Of a DNA stretch of 64,000 bases, positions 1 to 13,286 are shown piece by piece. The DNA is from Octopus vulgaris (Eukaryota): assembly GCA_951406725.2 (NCBI GenBank), contig OX597820.1, positions 36,022,001 through 36,086,000 of the forward strand, read 5' to 3'. The notes below the pieces were generated by a model, which was not told the DNA's origin, did no database searches, and saw nothing but the letters and a program-made list of their open reading frames with translations. The stretch's first letter is position 1, and each line of letters starts with the position of its first letter. The position numbers and the translations under genes were made by a program.

Positions 1-212
1 AGCCTCGACTGGCACCTGTGTCGGTGGCACATAAAATCACCCACTACACTCTCGGAGTGGTTGGCGTTAGGAAGGGCATCCAGCTGTAGAAACACTGCCA
101 GATCTGACTGGCCTGGTGCAGCCTTCGGGCTCCCCAGACCCCAGTTGAACCGTCCAACCCATGCTAGCATGGAAAACGGACGCTAAATGATGATGATGAT
201 GATGATGATGAT
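1..212 (+). mobile_element. 3' end of RTE-clade LINE with (GAT)n tail
   Basis: Near-identical to ~55290-55489, which follows an RTE C-terminal ORF; ends GGACGCTAAA(TGA)n. Confidence 0.8.
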
Positions 213-351
213 GTGGGCTGTTTTAGTATGAAGCTAACCTCATCAAGAACCATAGGTTGATCATGTTGTCTGTCTTGGTGTTTGCAGGCTTCCAAAGCAA
301 TTGCTTTATGGAGAATTAGTTCTTGATAACTGTCCCCAGCATGAACCAAAG

Positions 352-568
352 AGCATTTAAACTGGCTATATCCAGCCCAAATATTCTGCCTGTTTTGCGT
401 TTAAACTGGCCATATCTGACTCATCACACCTACCCTATAATTTCATTCTAAAAATATACAATTACATCAGGAAGATCTCAAAGTTACAAGATAATGTATG
501 CTTAATTCAAAACAGTGTGATTAAATAAGTATTACATTTCACAGAATAATCTGAATGCTAGAGGGTTA
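352..568. mobile_element. piggyBac-like MITE, left end decayed
   Basis: Homologous to 22374-22593; right end ...AATGCTAGAGGG-TTAA. Confidence 0.55.
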
Positions 569-660
569 AGTCCATAAACATCAGCGTTGCTCCTTGGCAA
601 CATCTTGCAGTGGACAGAAGTAAATTGTATTCTGTAATGAGGAACAATAACCTGCAGTTT

Positions 661-1102
661 GCCCAGACGTGGCTGTGTGGTAAAAAGCTTGCTTTCCAAC
701 CACATGGTTCCATTTTCAGTCCCACTGCATGGCACTTTGAGCAAGTGTCTTTTACTATAGCATCAGGCAGACCAAAGCCTTGTGAGTGGATTTGGTAAAC
801 AGAAACTGAAAGACGCCCATTGTGTGTGTGTGTGTGTATGTGTATGTGTGTGTGTATGTATTTGAGCTTGTGACTGTCCCTTTCCTCCTCCCTCCCCCAC
901 CCGCCATCGCTTGACAACTGATGTTGGTATGTTTACGTCCCCGTAACTTAGTGGTGGTCCAGTAAAAAGAGGCTGATAGAATAAGTACTAGGATTACAAA
1001 GAATAAGTCCTGGGGTCAATTTCTTTGGCTAAAAAACCCTTTAAGGTGCTGCTCCAGCATAGCCACAATCACATGACTAAAACAAGTAAAAGAATAAAAG
1101 AG
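661..1102 (+). mobile_element. tRNA-derived SINE, family A
   Basis: TGGCTGTGTGGTAA A-box-like head, central (TG)n, tail ending AAACAAGTAAAAGA; more than 10 copies in the window. Confidence 0.85.
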
Positions 1103-1732
1103 TAAATACTGCAAGATGTAGAAGCTGTGAATGATAAATAACCATATCTGTGGTGTCATTACACTTTCAAAAGCCAAACTTGTCATTTATGAAAAGTCAT
1201 ATATCAGGAGGCCAAGACATGATGTTATATACATACACTTCGAACACCAGCAGAGCAGTGCTGTCCTTTATGTCTAATGGTATGTACACCACCAATTGGT
1301 GAGGTGAAAATCCATTTGGACAAATACACAACAGGTGGAGCTGGTGTCAGTATGATTCTTGACCAAATTAAGTGCTGCATTTGTCAGAAAAATTTTTTAA
1401 TGAAATAAGGTCCTGCTTAAATCTTCACCTGGTTCAACACCACCACCTAGTACTTTAGGTAGCTTAGCAGAGTCCATTTTGTTGCATGTGTTCAGGTCAG
1501 CTCAGTGGTTAGAAGATGCACTCTTCCTTAACTTCCCACATTTTGAACATTGAATGTTTGAACATTTCTGCTTGTGCATATATGTGGATGAGAGAAAAAA
1601 TAACAAAAATAGGTGAAGATGAGCAAGTTAGGAAATGAGTGAAATAAAAGGTTATGTCTGTTTTAGTATGAACTTATTGTATAGGAAAGGAAACAAGACA
1701 GGCAAACAGTTAAAGAAGATGGGAGAAAATCA

Positions 1733-2131
1733 TGCAGGAGTGGCTGTGCGGTAAGTAGCTTGCTTACCAACCACATGGTTCCGGGTTCAGTCCCACTGTG
1801 TGGCACCTTGGACTAGTGTCTTCTACTACAGCCTCGGGCTGACCAAAGCCTTGTGAGTGGATTTGGTAGATGGAAACTGGAAGAAGCCCATTGTATATAT
1901 GTATATATATATGTATGTGTGTATATGTTTGTGTGTCTGTGTTTGTCCCCCCCACCATTGCTTGACAACCGATGCTGGTGTGTTTACGTCCCCGTAACTT
2001 AGTGGTTCAGCAAAAGAGACTGATAGAATAAGTACTAGGCTTACAAAGAATAAGTCCTGGAGTCGATTTACTCGACTAGAAGGCGGTGCTCCAGCATGGC
2101 CACAGTCAAATGACTGAAACAAGTAAAAGAG
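1733..2131 (+). mobile_element. SINE family A, full length
   Basis: A box, GGTTCAGTCCC B-box-like motif and conserved tail. Confidence 0.9.
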
Positions 2132-3224
2132 AGAAAAGAAAGAGAGATGGCCAAGGGGCTAACATATTGATTAATAAACAAATAGTGAACCTACTATCTT
2201 AGGGAAAGAAAGCCTTTTGTTGTTGTTATTGCATAGCTCTAGACTAAAAATGAAACGAATAAAAATTTTGTAGGCATATTGGATAATGTCCAGTATACAC
2301 ATGTACTGTTGCTGCCTGATATGCTAGAAAAAGCAGCTATGTGAAATATTTGTTACATAGAAATATTTTAAAACCCCACATTTTTAAAAGACAGTATGTC
2401 ACTTGATTTGCTAGAAGTAATCGAATTTAATTTCTCATCAACCAGTAATGATAAACTTACCTAGTCCTTATGATAGAAGCACTTCTGTGGCATGTAGGTC
2501 AACATCTAGGCATGACCTACCAGCTCATCGGTGGCGTATGGTGGTTGCTGTATTGGATGTGCTGCTATTCCCAATGGCACCAAATTTTGAGCAGGAGTAT
2601 AACAAAAAATTTCCATTAAGATTTCTGATTAAATTAATGAATAAGGTTGATATCTATAACGAATTTGCCATTTTCGATGGTCGTGCAGCACACACCTAGC
2701 ACACCTGGAATATACACCCCTGCAGCTCATGGATTTCTCTTTCCAATTATATTGTGTTTCTCTTGAGACAAGGTCTTTATTACATATTCCAACTTGTAGT
2801 ATTGGAATGTATCTTATCTACATGTGTTACACTCTCTCCACTATCCAGTGTATTTTTGGTGGTGGTTACAACAGAGACTGGCAAAATGAACTTAGAAAAT
2901 GACAGTTGCTGTTTCTATGTTGGTGGTGAACATTCTGTCACCACGTTTAAGAATAAAGAGGTTATTGATGTTGCCACTATATTTGTGGTGGGGGTGTACA
3001 TGGCTGTGTCATTAAGAAACCTATTTCCCAACCGCATGGTTTCAGGTTCAGTCCCACTATGTGGAACCTTGAGCAATTGTTTTCTACTCTAGCCTTGGGC
3101 CAAGCAAAACCTTGTGAGTGGATTTGGTAGACAAAAATTAAAGGAGACTCATCTCATCTCATATATATATAAAACTTACTTGGAAAAGATGCGTGGCATT
3201 CGATCATATAATAATATAAACAGT

Positions 3225-3495
3225 ATTTAAATATATGCATATATACATACATGTATGTGCATACCTACATATATATGTTTATATACATGCATATATGGGT
3301 ACAGGACATAAAAAAAAAACGTTGAACACAATGAGAAACGAAAACATAATAGCAAAAACATAGAAACAAACTTTTTTTCAAACAACGAAAAAAGACACAG
3401 TACAAGACATACAACACAAGGTCCTGTACCCATATATGCATGTATATATACATATATAAGTAAGTATGTACATATATGTATGCATATATTTATAT
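3225..3495. repeat. Inverted repeat around an A-rich core
   Basis: ...ATGCATATATGGGTACAGGA (to ~3307) versus TCCTGTACCCATATATGCAT (from 3422). Confidence 0.7.
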
Positions 3496-4174
3496 ATTAT
3501 TTATATTATTATATATATACTACAAAATTAGAAAATGGAGAAACATACTTAAATCATTACTTAAATTATTACCTGTGCCCATATAATACAATAGATGAAC
3601 TGATTGTTTGGCAATTTTTAACATCTATGTATTAGTCTTGTTGGGTACCTATCTAGCAGTATATTGGATATATGTTATCCCATGGTGGGTTGAATTTTCA
3701 ACCCCTATCTCATTTTATTATATATATATATATATACATGCATATGTACATACATATATATATATACATGCATATGTACATACATATATATATATTGCCC
3801 ATGTAACCAATAGGGTGACATTATACAGAAGCTACTACTGTACTAGGAAGCACATTGTAGCCAGTGGTGTATGACAATAGCCAATATTCTGGTCAAGTGG
3901 TGGGTTGGCAGATGGGTGAGGTGCGTGTTTCCTTGTCTTAGCAGTGAGTAATAGTTGTAAACAAGTGTCACTATTGCACAAATGGTGTCTTTATTTGCTT
4001 CCAACCTTCTGTGGAAACTTGTCCAGTCATGGAAAAATATTACCTTACTTGGAAGGCAAGTGTTAGCAACAGAAAGAGTATCTGACTGTAGAAAGTCTAA
4101 CTCAACAAATTCTTTCTGATCCATACAAGCATGGAAAAATAGATGCTTAAATAGTGATGATGGTGATTATGATG

Positions 4175-5235
4175 TATCCCTTTTACTTTCTACGCTGAGT
4201 GGAAAAGATAGTGTTTTTAGGACATAGGGTGCAGATGTAATGTACTGAAGTGCTGTATATGTACAGGGTTGTTTGGAGGATCATCTTTTGTTTTTAGTGT
4301 TTTTATATTTATGTAAGTGACCAATGGATGTGATGTGCATACATATGTACACTGTTTTTGTTTCTTTGTAATTTATTGTAGGCCATAGTGGAGAAATTAG
4401 GGTCCCAGATGAGACTGGTATAATTCACAATGGATCTTCTCTCATCATCGTCATCATTTAACGTCCGCTTTCCATGCTAGCATGGGTTGGACGATTTGAC
4501 TGAGGACTGGCGAACCAGATGGCTGCACCATGCTCCAATCTGATCTGGCAGAGTTTCTACAGCTGGATGTGCTTCCTAATGCCAACCACTCCAAGAGAGT
4601 GTAGTGGGTGCTTTTACATGCCACCGGCACAAGGGCCAGTCAGGCGGTACTGGCAACGGCCACACTCAAATGGTGTTTTTTATGTGCCACCTGCACAGGA
4701 GCCAGTCCAGCGGCACTGGCAACGACTTCACTCGAATGTTTTTTCACATGCCACCGGCACAAGTGCTAGTAAGGCGACACTGGTAACAATCACGCTTGAA
4801 TGGTGCTTTTTACGTGCCACAGGCACAGAAGCCAGTTAGCTGCTCTGGCAACGATCACACTCGGATGGTGCTCTTAGCGCTCTACTAGCATGGATGCCAG
4901 TCATCAAATTTGATTTCGATTTCACTTGCCTCAACAGGTCTTCGCAAGCAGAGTTTAATGTCCAATGAAGGAAAGGTATACATAAGTGGGCTGGTTACAC
5001 CCCTGGCATAGGCCACGAGGTTATGGTCTCACTTCTCTATTGTTTGAATATCATTGTTGTTGTTTCTTTATGTGATTTGTGATTAAGTATGTTTGTGTGT
5101 TATTTTGTCCTTTTTTTGTGTGTATTTCATTGCCAATGTTGCGAACATACTGTATGCAACTTCCCATATTTAGGTCTCCTGTATGTGTGGTATGTTTATG
5201 TCCTTGAGTAGAATGGTTGGTTATACCCGATGCTT
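4175..5235 (-). pseudogene. Decayed Jockey/I-like LINE RT C-terminal fragment, interrupted by an RTE insertion
   Basis: Minus-strand translation HKETTTMIFKQ*/RSIVNYTSLIWDPNFSTMAYNKLQR resembles the post-RT region of non-LTR elements. Confidence 0.6.
4443..5031 (-). mobile_element. 5'-truncated RTE LINE 3' UTR with ~60-bp tandem hairpin units
   Basis: Reverse-complement homology to ~54870-55489; flanked by CTTCTCT direct repeats (4436-4442, 5032-5038). Confidence 0.8.
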
Positions 5236-5648
5236 TCTAATGCTGCTGGAAAGAAAGGAGACATTAGATTTGATAAGAGTAGCTTTAAATCTGTTGTTGA
5301 ACAAAACTTCTCAGTGATTCAAAAAGTGCCTGGGTAGTTCTGCACTGTGTCTAAAGAATAGCAAACAAATATGTGCTGTCATCTGCATATGAAGTTGTCT
5401 TTATGTTTTATGAAAGTATGGAAATTCATGTCAATTATCATCATTGTTGTCGTTTAACATTCGCTTTCCATGCTGGCATGGGTTGGACAGTTTGACTGAG
5501 AAATGGTAGGCCAGGAGGCTGCACTAGGCTTCAATCTAAACAGAAGAAATATTAAACTTCCCTAGGAAATAAATCTCAAAAAAGAAGTAAAAAAATAAAA
5601 ATAATAATATTAACTTCCAAAGGAAGTCAAATCTCAAAGGGGTGGGGA

Positions 5649-5943
5649 TGTTGTGGCAAGATTCATTGACACCCCTGTGGGATTGAAAGAATGGACTAGC
5701 TGAACTCTTATAAAGAGTAGCGTATTGGGTGAGACGAAAATAGTCATAGGAGTCGTTGAGAGTTCATGGAAGTCATTGAGAGTTTGTACCTATTGGAGTA
5801 TCGTGTATAGTGGAGTAATTTGAAGTACACTATTTGAAGACAGTTGTGTCTATTCCCAGTTCGTGAAATCTGTATATCTAACTTATAGAAGGAAAAAAAA
5901 AATAGCTAATATGAGAGTTTCTTACATGGTAACTACCACAGTA
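5649..5943 (+). mobile_element. Putative LTR preceded by a polypurine tract
   Basis: AAAGGGGTGGGGA directly before TGTTGTGG; ends CCACA(GTA); internal TATAAA. Confidence 0.4.
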
Positions 5944-6264
5944 TAACTTGTTCTAATAGCACATCAACGTTTGTGTGGGGATAAAGATTACCTCTCAATG
6001 AAAAGAGAATACAGAAACTAAATGATAGTTTACAAACATAAAAAGTACAAATCAGATATTTACAGACAGTTTGAAATACAGGACCTATATGCAAAGAAAA
6101 GTATCAATAGCCTCGATTCAATACAAACAAAATCCTTCAGTTGAACTCACAAAGGAGAATATTAGTGACAGAATGGAGGCTAATGGGTTCCTATCTTTGG
6201 AAATGGATTTTTCTGCTATGGACAAAATTCGGCAGAATAAACTGATTGTGGTCACTGAAAAATA

Positions 6265-6482
6265 TTGGTTACAAATTTTGGCACAAGGCCAGCAAATTCA
6301 GGGGTGGGTCTAGGTCAATTACATTGACCCCTGTTCTTAACTGGTCCTTATTTTATTGACTTTGAAAGGATGAAAAGTTAAATGCCAACCTCACCAGAAT
6401 TTGAACTCAGAAACTAAAGACAGATGAAATGCTACTAAGCATTTTGTCTGGCATGCTAACAATTCTGCCAGCTTGCTGCCCT
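6265..6482 (-). mobile_element. tRNA-derived SINE, family B (Nin/Deu-like central motif)
   Basis: Minus strand GAGTTCAAATTC B box plus CTTTCATCCTTTC..GTC.ATAAA; other copies near 19650, 20085, 20370, 27670, 32245, 40233, 41355, 51900, 57645. Confidence 0.75.
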
Positions 6483-6849
6483 TTGGTCACTGAAAAATAA
6501 TGAAAACACAGTGTGGTATATAAAAAGCAGGATTCATATCTTACAGAGCACAGTAAAACCAACATCAAGAAATGTAAATGCTTTAATTACATACTTTAAA
6601 AAATGCCAAATACTAAAGTAACACACAACACAATACTGGTTAAAGGCTGTTTGCAGCTATAACAGAGATTCATGGAATACCACTGAATGTGGACTCTGTA
6701 ATAAAAGAAGTTTAATTACTAGGGAATTAAGCTGGATGATAATGGACAGCAGGCAGATGACATAAAAGGCAAATTATATTCCGATAAAAATTCCTATAAA
6801 TATCCGATGTGGGAATGGAATTATAATAGAACATTAATAGGAGACAGAG

Positions 6850-7025
6850 ATGAGTGAATGAGAGAAAGAAAGAGAGATAGATAGGTAGAGAGAGAGGTGG
6901 GGTGAGAAATAAATAGAAAGATAGATGGGTAGGTATGTGGATGGATGGATGGATAGCTAGATGGATGGATGGGTGGGTAGATAGATAAATAGATAGATGG
7001 GTAGATAGACAGACAGATAGATGGA

Positions 7026-7056
<31 letters not shown>

Positions 7057-7230
7057 TTAGACAAAGACAGACAGACAGATATACAGTCAGATCGATAGAT
7101 AAACAGACAGGTTGATAGATAAACACACAGACAAACTGATAAATGAATAGATAGGATTGTTTAGTGTAAGGTAAAGTAGAGATGTACATAGATCAATAGA
7201 TAGATAAACAGATAGATAGATAGATAGATA
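6850..7230. repeat. Compound (GATA/GGAT/GACA)n microsatellite
   Basis: Direct inspection. Confidence 0.95.
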
Positions 7231-7377
7231 TAAGGAATAAATGGGAAGAAGGTAAAATGTAAGGAAGGACTAATAGACAAAACTAGGAAGAGAAGCAAAT
7301 AAACGACAGACGTATCGAACATGGATGTATAATAGTGGTTGGGTGTGGAGGATGAGGGGAAAACCTATAAATGCTGC

Positions 7378-7457
7378 CTAGAAATCATGTGAGTCTGCAG
7401 AATATCTTGTTAGGTCGTAGTCGTCTCCCTCAGCAATTACTTCCTTCATCACTTTGC
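7378..7457 (-). CDS. Probable last coding exon of an unidentified gene: (G)KVMKEVIAEGDDYDLTRYSADSHDF*
   Basis: ACAG acceptor ending at 7458, phase 1, TAG at 7380-7378; joins in frame to exon 10189-10133; pyrimidine tract is weak. Confidence 0.55.
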
Positions 7458-7543
7458 CTGTTTGTGTCTGGGATGTGTGTATATGTGTAGGCAGGTATTT
7501 GTATATGTATGTATACATATGTATGTATGTATATATGTGTATG

Positions 7544-7595
<52 letters not shown>

Positions 7596-7831
7596 GTATA
7601 TGTGTGTGTGTGTGTGTCCTAGAGTTAATATATGTTTGTTTGTATACAAGTGTGTGTACATATGTATAGTTGAAGCAGCATATAATAAGCACATGGTGGG
7701 GGGAGAGGGTTGCTAGAATGACGTGATATATACATTTAAACATATATAATGTATAGGCATATTATAAGAAACTCAACAAACTACCGACCAATAAACAAAC
7801 AAGACACAGGTCGAAACAGATGAACAAAACA

Positions 7832-7919
<88 letters not shown>

Positions 7920-8844
7920 GGAGAGAGAGAGAGAGAGTGAGGAGTAGAGAAGGTTATATATGCTGAGTTTAAGGGTTAGATCTACATACATTATATATAA
8001 TGTAATGTGTACAGGCATACATATACTCTGAGAAAGAGAGTGTGGTAGGACAGAGGGAGGGAAAGAGAGAGAGAGAGAGTGCTGTTAAGTTAACCGTGAC
8101 CTGAAGTCCAGCCCACTGAAACTGATATGCGTCACTGAGTGTGCACTAACAATTGTGAGATGTGAATGTGTGTGTGTTTGTGTGGTAGACAAGCTGACTG
8201 GTAGCATAACAGTATATAAATGTGTGTGTGTGTGTGTTAGCACAGGAGCACTCATGCACATGCAAATACACGTCTTTACACATGCACATACACACACATG
8301 TATGTCAATTAGAGAAATGCTTAACAAGTATACAGACTCACATGCACACACACACACTCATGCACACATACACATTTCTCCCTATGTATGTGTGTGTGTG
8401 TAAACATTCATATATATATACACACATGCATGCACTATCATGTATAGAATAAATTATAGCTTTTATTACTCCCTAAGGAACTCCTTGCGATTGAATATAG
8501 AACAGGGCCATACACCAGCTTTTCTTTCCCTGTTTCCTTCATTAATACATCTAAGAAAGGCCTGAACATCACAATTTCACAATATCTTCCTCAGCATAGT
8601 GTCTGTTTAGTGTTAGTTCAGTTTAAAAAACAACTATGCATGCCATGTACAATTATGGTTATAGCTCCTGGTTCAATCCTACTGTATATCTTCAGTTTGT
8701 GTTTTCTACCAAAATCTCAGATCAACCAAACCATGTTAGCAAAATAAACTATATGAGAGACCATCAAATGGATTGCTCCTGTTCCTGAGTGGAGGCCTGA
8801 TTAATCCTTTTATTACCATATTTCTATTGAAATAAATTGTCTTT

Positions 8845-9184
8845 TACGGAGATGTACTTGCATAGCAAGTGATCTGATCTGAGATTGTGTGCTGGAACGA
8901 AAACAATTGCAGTGTGGAAGATGTTTATAAGCCATTTAAGAAACACACAAAAACTGTTAAATTCACTTCAACATTTAAATTTAATTTCTCCAAATATTTT
9001 CGTCGCTTTGAGACTGCAACCTGTTCACTGACAAAATTCCATGCTGCATCTCAGCACAGAATTTTGTCAGTGTCTTAAAGCGACGAAAATATTTTGACAA
9101 ATTAAATTTAAACGTTGAAGTGAATCTAACGGTTTTTGTGTGTTTCTTAAATGGCTTATAAACACCTTCCACGCTGCAATTGTT
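8845..9184. mobile_element. Fold-back (palindromic) element with 12-bp TSD
   Basis: Arms ~8902-9048 and ~9052-9184; TAAATTGTCTTT at 8833-8844 and 9185-9196. Confidence 0.85.
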
Positions 9185-10132
9185 TAAATTGTCTTTATTT
9201 TTATTGATATCGTAAAATAATCAAGAATTTAATAAAATAACTGTATTATTATTAAGCTGGTGTTTAGAACATAAAGTAACTCAAACTTTTAGTGGAAGGC
9301 TTTAATTTTGATCAGTTTAAAACCTGAAGTTTGTATCACAGAACCAGGGTTGCTCTCAGATAAGTTAGTATCAGTAATGAAGAATTTAGTAAAAAAAATA
9401 ACTTTCTTTGTCATTATTAAGCTGGTCTAAGGCAAAATGCTTAGCGGCATTTAGTCTGTCTTTATATTCTGAGTTAGAGTTCTTCTGAGGTCGACATTAC
9501 CTTTCATCCTTTCTCCATATTTACTCTTTCGGACACATGATTTAGGAAGTCCATGTTAGCTTTGATGAAACTAGGGAAAATTTGCACAGTAGTTTCAAAA
9601 TTATGTCAAGCAAATTGCTTAATTGTTGATGTTGTAACAGTTGGATATAATTTTAGATCAGATGGTTTGGAAATTTTCCCATATGATGTATGGAAGTCTT
9701 TTAAGCTGTTATTGATTTCTTTAGTTATATAGATTTTGGCAATACATAAAAGATGCTTGTTTTTACTTCAAAATTAATGAGCTAGTCCAACATCTTTTGC
9801 GTTAAGTCATTATTTAAGTCGTCTGTTAATTTACTAATTGTGTTCATTGTTTCATCATCTTCATTTAACATCCATTTTTCCATGCTTGCATGAGTCAGAC
9901 AAAATTCGTTGAAGCAGTTTTTCTGTGGCAGGATATTCTTTCTTATTGTTAACCCTCATCTGTTTCCATGCAAGGTAATATTTCCCCATGCCCAGGAATG
10001 TTTTCCACAGAAGATTGGATAGAAACACCACTTATATATCAATGACACTCACCTACAACCATCACATGACATCAAGACAAGTGTACACACACACACACAC
10101 CCGCACACATGCACACACACACACACACGTAC

Positions 10133-10189
10133 CTGACATATTTAAAGTGATGCTGCTGCCATCACTGCCCCACCAATGGAGGTGCATTC
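10133..10189 (-). CDS. Probable 57-nt internal exon of the same unidentified gene: xMHLHWWGSDGSSITLNMS(G)
   Basis: ACAG acceptor, CAG|GTACGT donor, phase 1/1, open frame, GC-richer than its flanks. Confidence 0.55.
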
Positions 10190-10359
10190 CTGTTGTATTT
10201 TTAGAAATAGCTATATTAATGATTTAGATCTAACTATTTATTGAGTTCCTTGACAGTAACAAGTCTTCATAAAATTTGAGAGATTTGAATTTTATGAGGT
10301 TCCATATTTTGTGACGTCACTGAAAAGAGTGTATATTTACTTATGCATACGTACATATA

Positions 10360-11614
10360 CCGGTATTGGACAAAATAATGGAAACACTTTAAAATTCCAA
10401 ACAAATTTATTTTAGTATGGGGTAGTAATTACAGCTTGGATTCTACGAGGTATAGACTCATATAAAGTTTGAATTGTTTCCAAAGGAATTTTTGTCCATT
10501 CTTCAGCTAAAACAGTCTCCAGTTCTTGTAGTGATGATAGTGGAGGATATCGACTTCTTACTTGTTTTTCTAAAATGCACCATAAATGTTCGATCATATT
10601 GAGATCAAGGGACTGTGGTGGCTAGATAAGATGTTCAACTTCACAAGAATGTTCCTCTTGCCATTCAGTAACAACTTTAGCTGTGTGAATTGATCCTTTA
10701 TCATCTTGAAAGATTGCGTTTCCCTCCAGAAATAGTTCCGCAACCATGGGATGAATTTGATCAGATAAAATGCTTAAATAGTCTTGACTATTAATTCTGC
10801 CATGAAGTGAAAACATTGAGCCGGCAGATTTCCAAGATATAGCCCTCCAGATCATCACAGATCCTCCTCCATGTTTAACAATTGAAAGAAGGCAGTCTGG
10901 GTCAAATGCTTCTTTTGGCTGTCTTCACACATATACTCAGCCAGTGTTCAGAAATAAGGAAAAGGATGACTCGTCTGAGAAAATAACATTCTTCTATTGC
11001 TCTAGGGACCAATTCTGTAGATTTTTACTCCACACTAAATGCTTTGCAATGGTTGTTTTTGAAAGTAGTGGTTTTCTGATTGAAGCCTTCCCATAAAGTC
11101 TGGCTTTGTGCAGCTCCCAGCGAATAGTTTTTGTGGAAACTGGGTTCTCAAGGTAGTCATTAAGTTCTGCTGTAATTTCAGGAGCTGTGCTTTCATGATC
11201 CTTTCTAACAATTCATGTAAGAGTCCAACGGTCCCTATCTGAAAGTTTTGGTTTTCTTCTGGAGTTTCATTTCAACAAGGTTTTTCCCTCTTTCTCAAAG
11301 GCTATCATTATTTACAAGACAGTTATTCTTGATACACCAAACATTTCAGCTGTTTTCATTACACCAGTGCCTGCCATATGAGCACCAGCAATTTGACCTC
11401 TTTGAAAGTCCAATAGATCTGTCATTTTAATGTATTTTAATTGCCTTTTTCTGATGATATCTGAGAAGAAACATCAATTTTAGCAAAACGTATTCAGCAA
11501 CATTAAAAATAAATCAAATAACATAAAAATAAACAAGCTTTTGATGGTTTTATAGATATTTCAAAATTATGATGCTATGATGTTAGGTGTTTCCATTATT
11601 TTGTCCAACCCATG
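10360..11614 (-). mobile_element. Full-length decayed Tc1 (DD34E-type) transposon
   Basis: 28-bp TIRs sharing TTGGACAAAATAATGGAAACAC, TA flanks; transposase ~11425-10412 with MTDLLDFQRGQIAG, IFSDES, FQDD and DLNMIEHLW motifs, broken by stops. Confidence 0.95.
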
Positions 11615-11622
11615 TATATATA

Positions 11623-11671
<49 letters not shown>

Positions 11672-11725
11672 TATATTATATTATATTATATTATATTATA
11701 TTATATATATGTATGCATGTATGTA

Positions 11726-11853
11726 TGAGGGGGTGCTGAAAAATTCCTGGCTTTTAGGGTATCAGGAAAGCCCAACCTTCCATGTTCTTTTACAGGGCTT
11801 AGAAGAAGTGAAGGGCCATTGCAATAAGTGTGTGAATCTGAGAGGACCCTCAT

Positions 11854-11855
<2 letters not shown>
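11726..11855. mobile_element. Partial mariner-derived MITE
   Basis: TGAGGGGGTGCTGAAAAATTCCTGGCTTT end; homologous to 47152-47371. Confidence 0.65.
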
Positions 11856-11922
<67 letters not shown>

Positions 11923-12097
11923 GAAGAAAAGAAAAAAGGATTTAAAAATCCAGTCAAACATCAATAAAGCCCTTGGTTTTAAACAAATTTGGTTAATAAA
12001 TGCAAGTAGAATACACGTCTAAAGTCATTTCTCATGTATGACAAGTAGATCCAAATATCATTTAGAAGAATTTCAAGAAATTCAGTGTTTTAGACAA

Positions 12098-12604
12098 CAA
12101 AAATGCGGTTAGAGAAAATCACATTTTTAATTGTTGAATTCAGCATACAAAGCTGACAATAGCTTCTGTTGTATCAACATATTTAGATACAGAAAATATC
12201 ATTCAAATTAGTATATCCGGATATACATGCTAACACAATGTTTTCAAGGTGATCCAAAATTAGATAAATACAAAGTGAACTAAGAAAATATTTCCAGTAC
12301 ACAAACACCAACAAAAGAATGTTAAGAAGAAATATAGTCTAAGAGTTGAAATCGAAAATAGCTTTTCTTAGATTATGTTTCTGCTCATCATTCTTTTTGT
12401 ATGCATTTGTGTACTGGAGATAAGTCCACTTTGAATTGAATTAATTTTGGATTGCCTTGAAGATGTGTTAACATGTATTTTCAGATACATTATCTATATC
12501 TAACTATATCTATATCTAAATATACTGATGCAACAGAAACGATTGTCAGCTTTGTATGGTGAATTCAACAATTAAAGATGTGATTTTCTCCATCTCTGTT
12601 TTTG
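12098..12604. repeat. ~500-bp imperfect palindrome (fold-back element)
   Basis: GAGAAAATCACAT.TTTAATTGTTGAATTCA.CATACAAAGCTGACAAT mirrored at ~12542-12590. Confidence 0.85.
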
Positions 12605-12625
12605 TTTTATGTACATATATATATG

Positions 12626-12770
12626 TATATAAATTAGAGAAAAAACGCTACTATGTAATTCAAACAATGATAGACATAAACCATATCATACAGAAAAAGT
12701 AAAATATATGATGAAACATATATCTAGATCACAAAAATTACTTAATAGTGGTTTTTCTCTAATTTATATA
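12626..12770. repeat. Small TIR-bounded element
   Basis: TATATAAATTAGAGAAAAA ... TTTTTCTCTAATTTATATA. Confidence 0.6.
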
Positions 12771-12897
12771 TATTATATATTTATATTGTGAAATTTGATT
12801 TAATACTAAATTGAATTTTTTCCTGTAAGTTTGGAGTTATACTCCCTAATATTATTATTATTACTATTATTATTATTATTATTATTATTATCATTAT

Positions 12898-12929
<32 letters not shown>

Positions 12930-13286
12930 GTAAAGATAGATAGATAGAGAGAGAGATTGATAGATACACACACACACACACACTGGATAAATTAAAATTG
13001 CATTTCATTTTTGTCCTTGATAAAGCTTTGAGCTGCACCATGAGTGCAGTGCATTTGCAGAAACTCATTTGTGTCCCAGTATGAAAAATGTATCAGCATC
13101 ACCATCATCATTGCCATTGCCCTGGTCATTATTTTAATGTCAAAATGGTTCCGTGGTAGTATGGAATCAGAATATCTCAAAGCAGGTTTTATATGGCTGA
13201 TTGCCCTTCCTGTTGTCAACCCTCATCTGTTTGCAAGTAATGTAATATTTCCCCTTGTTCAGACTTCTCTTGAAGAATTTTTTTTA

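Noticed and set aside
2448-3092. 83-aa and 112-aa ORFs
   Set aside because: No motif or splice support; the second runs into a SINE
7454-8452. YI/CV/HT-rich ORFs here and elsewhere
   Set aside because: Translations of dinucleotide microsatellites
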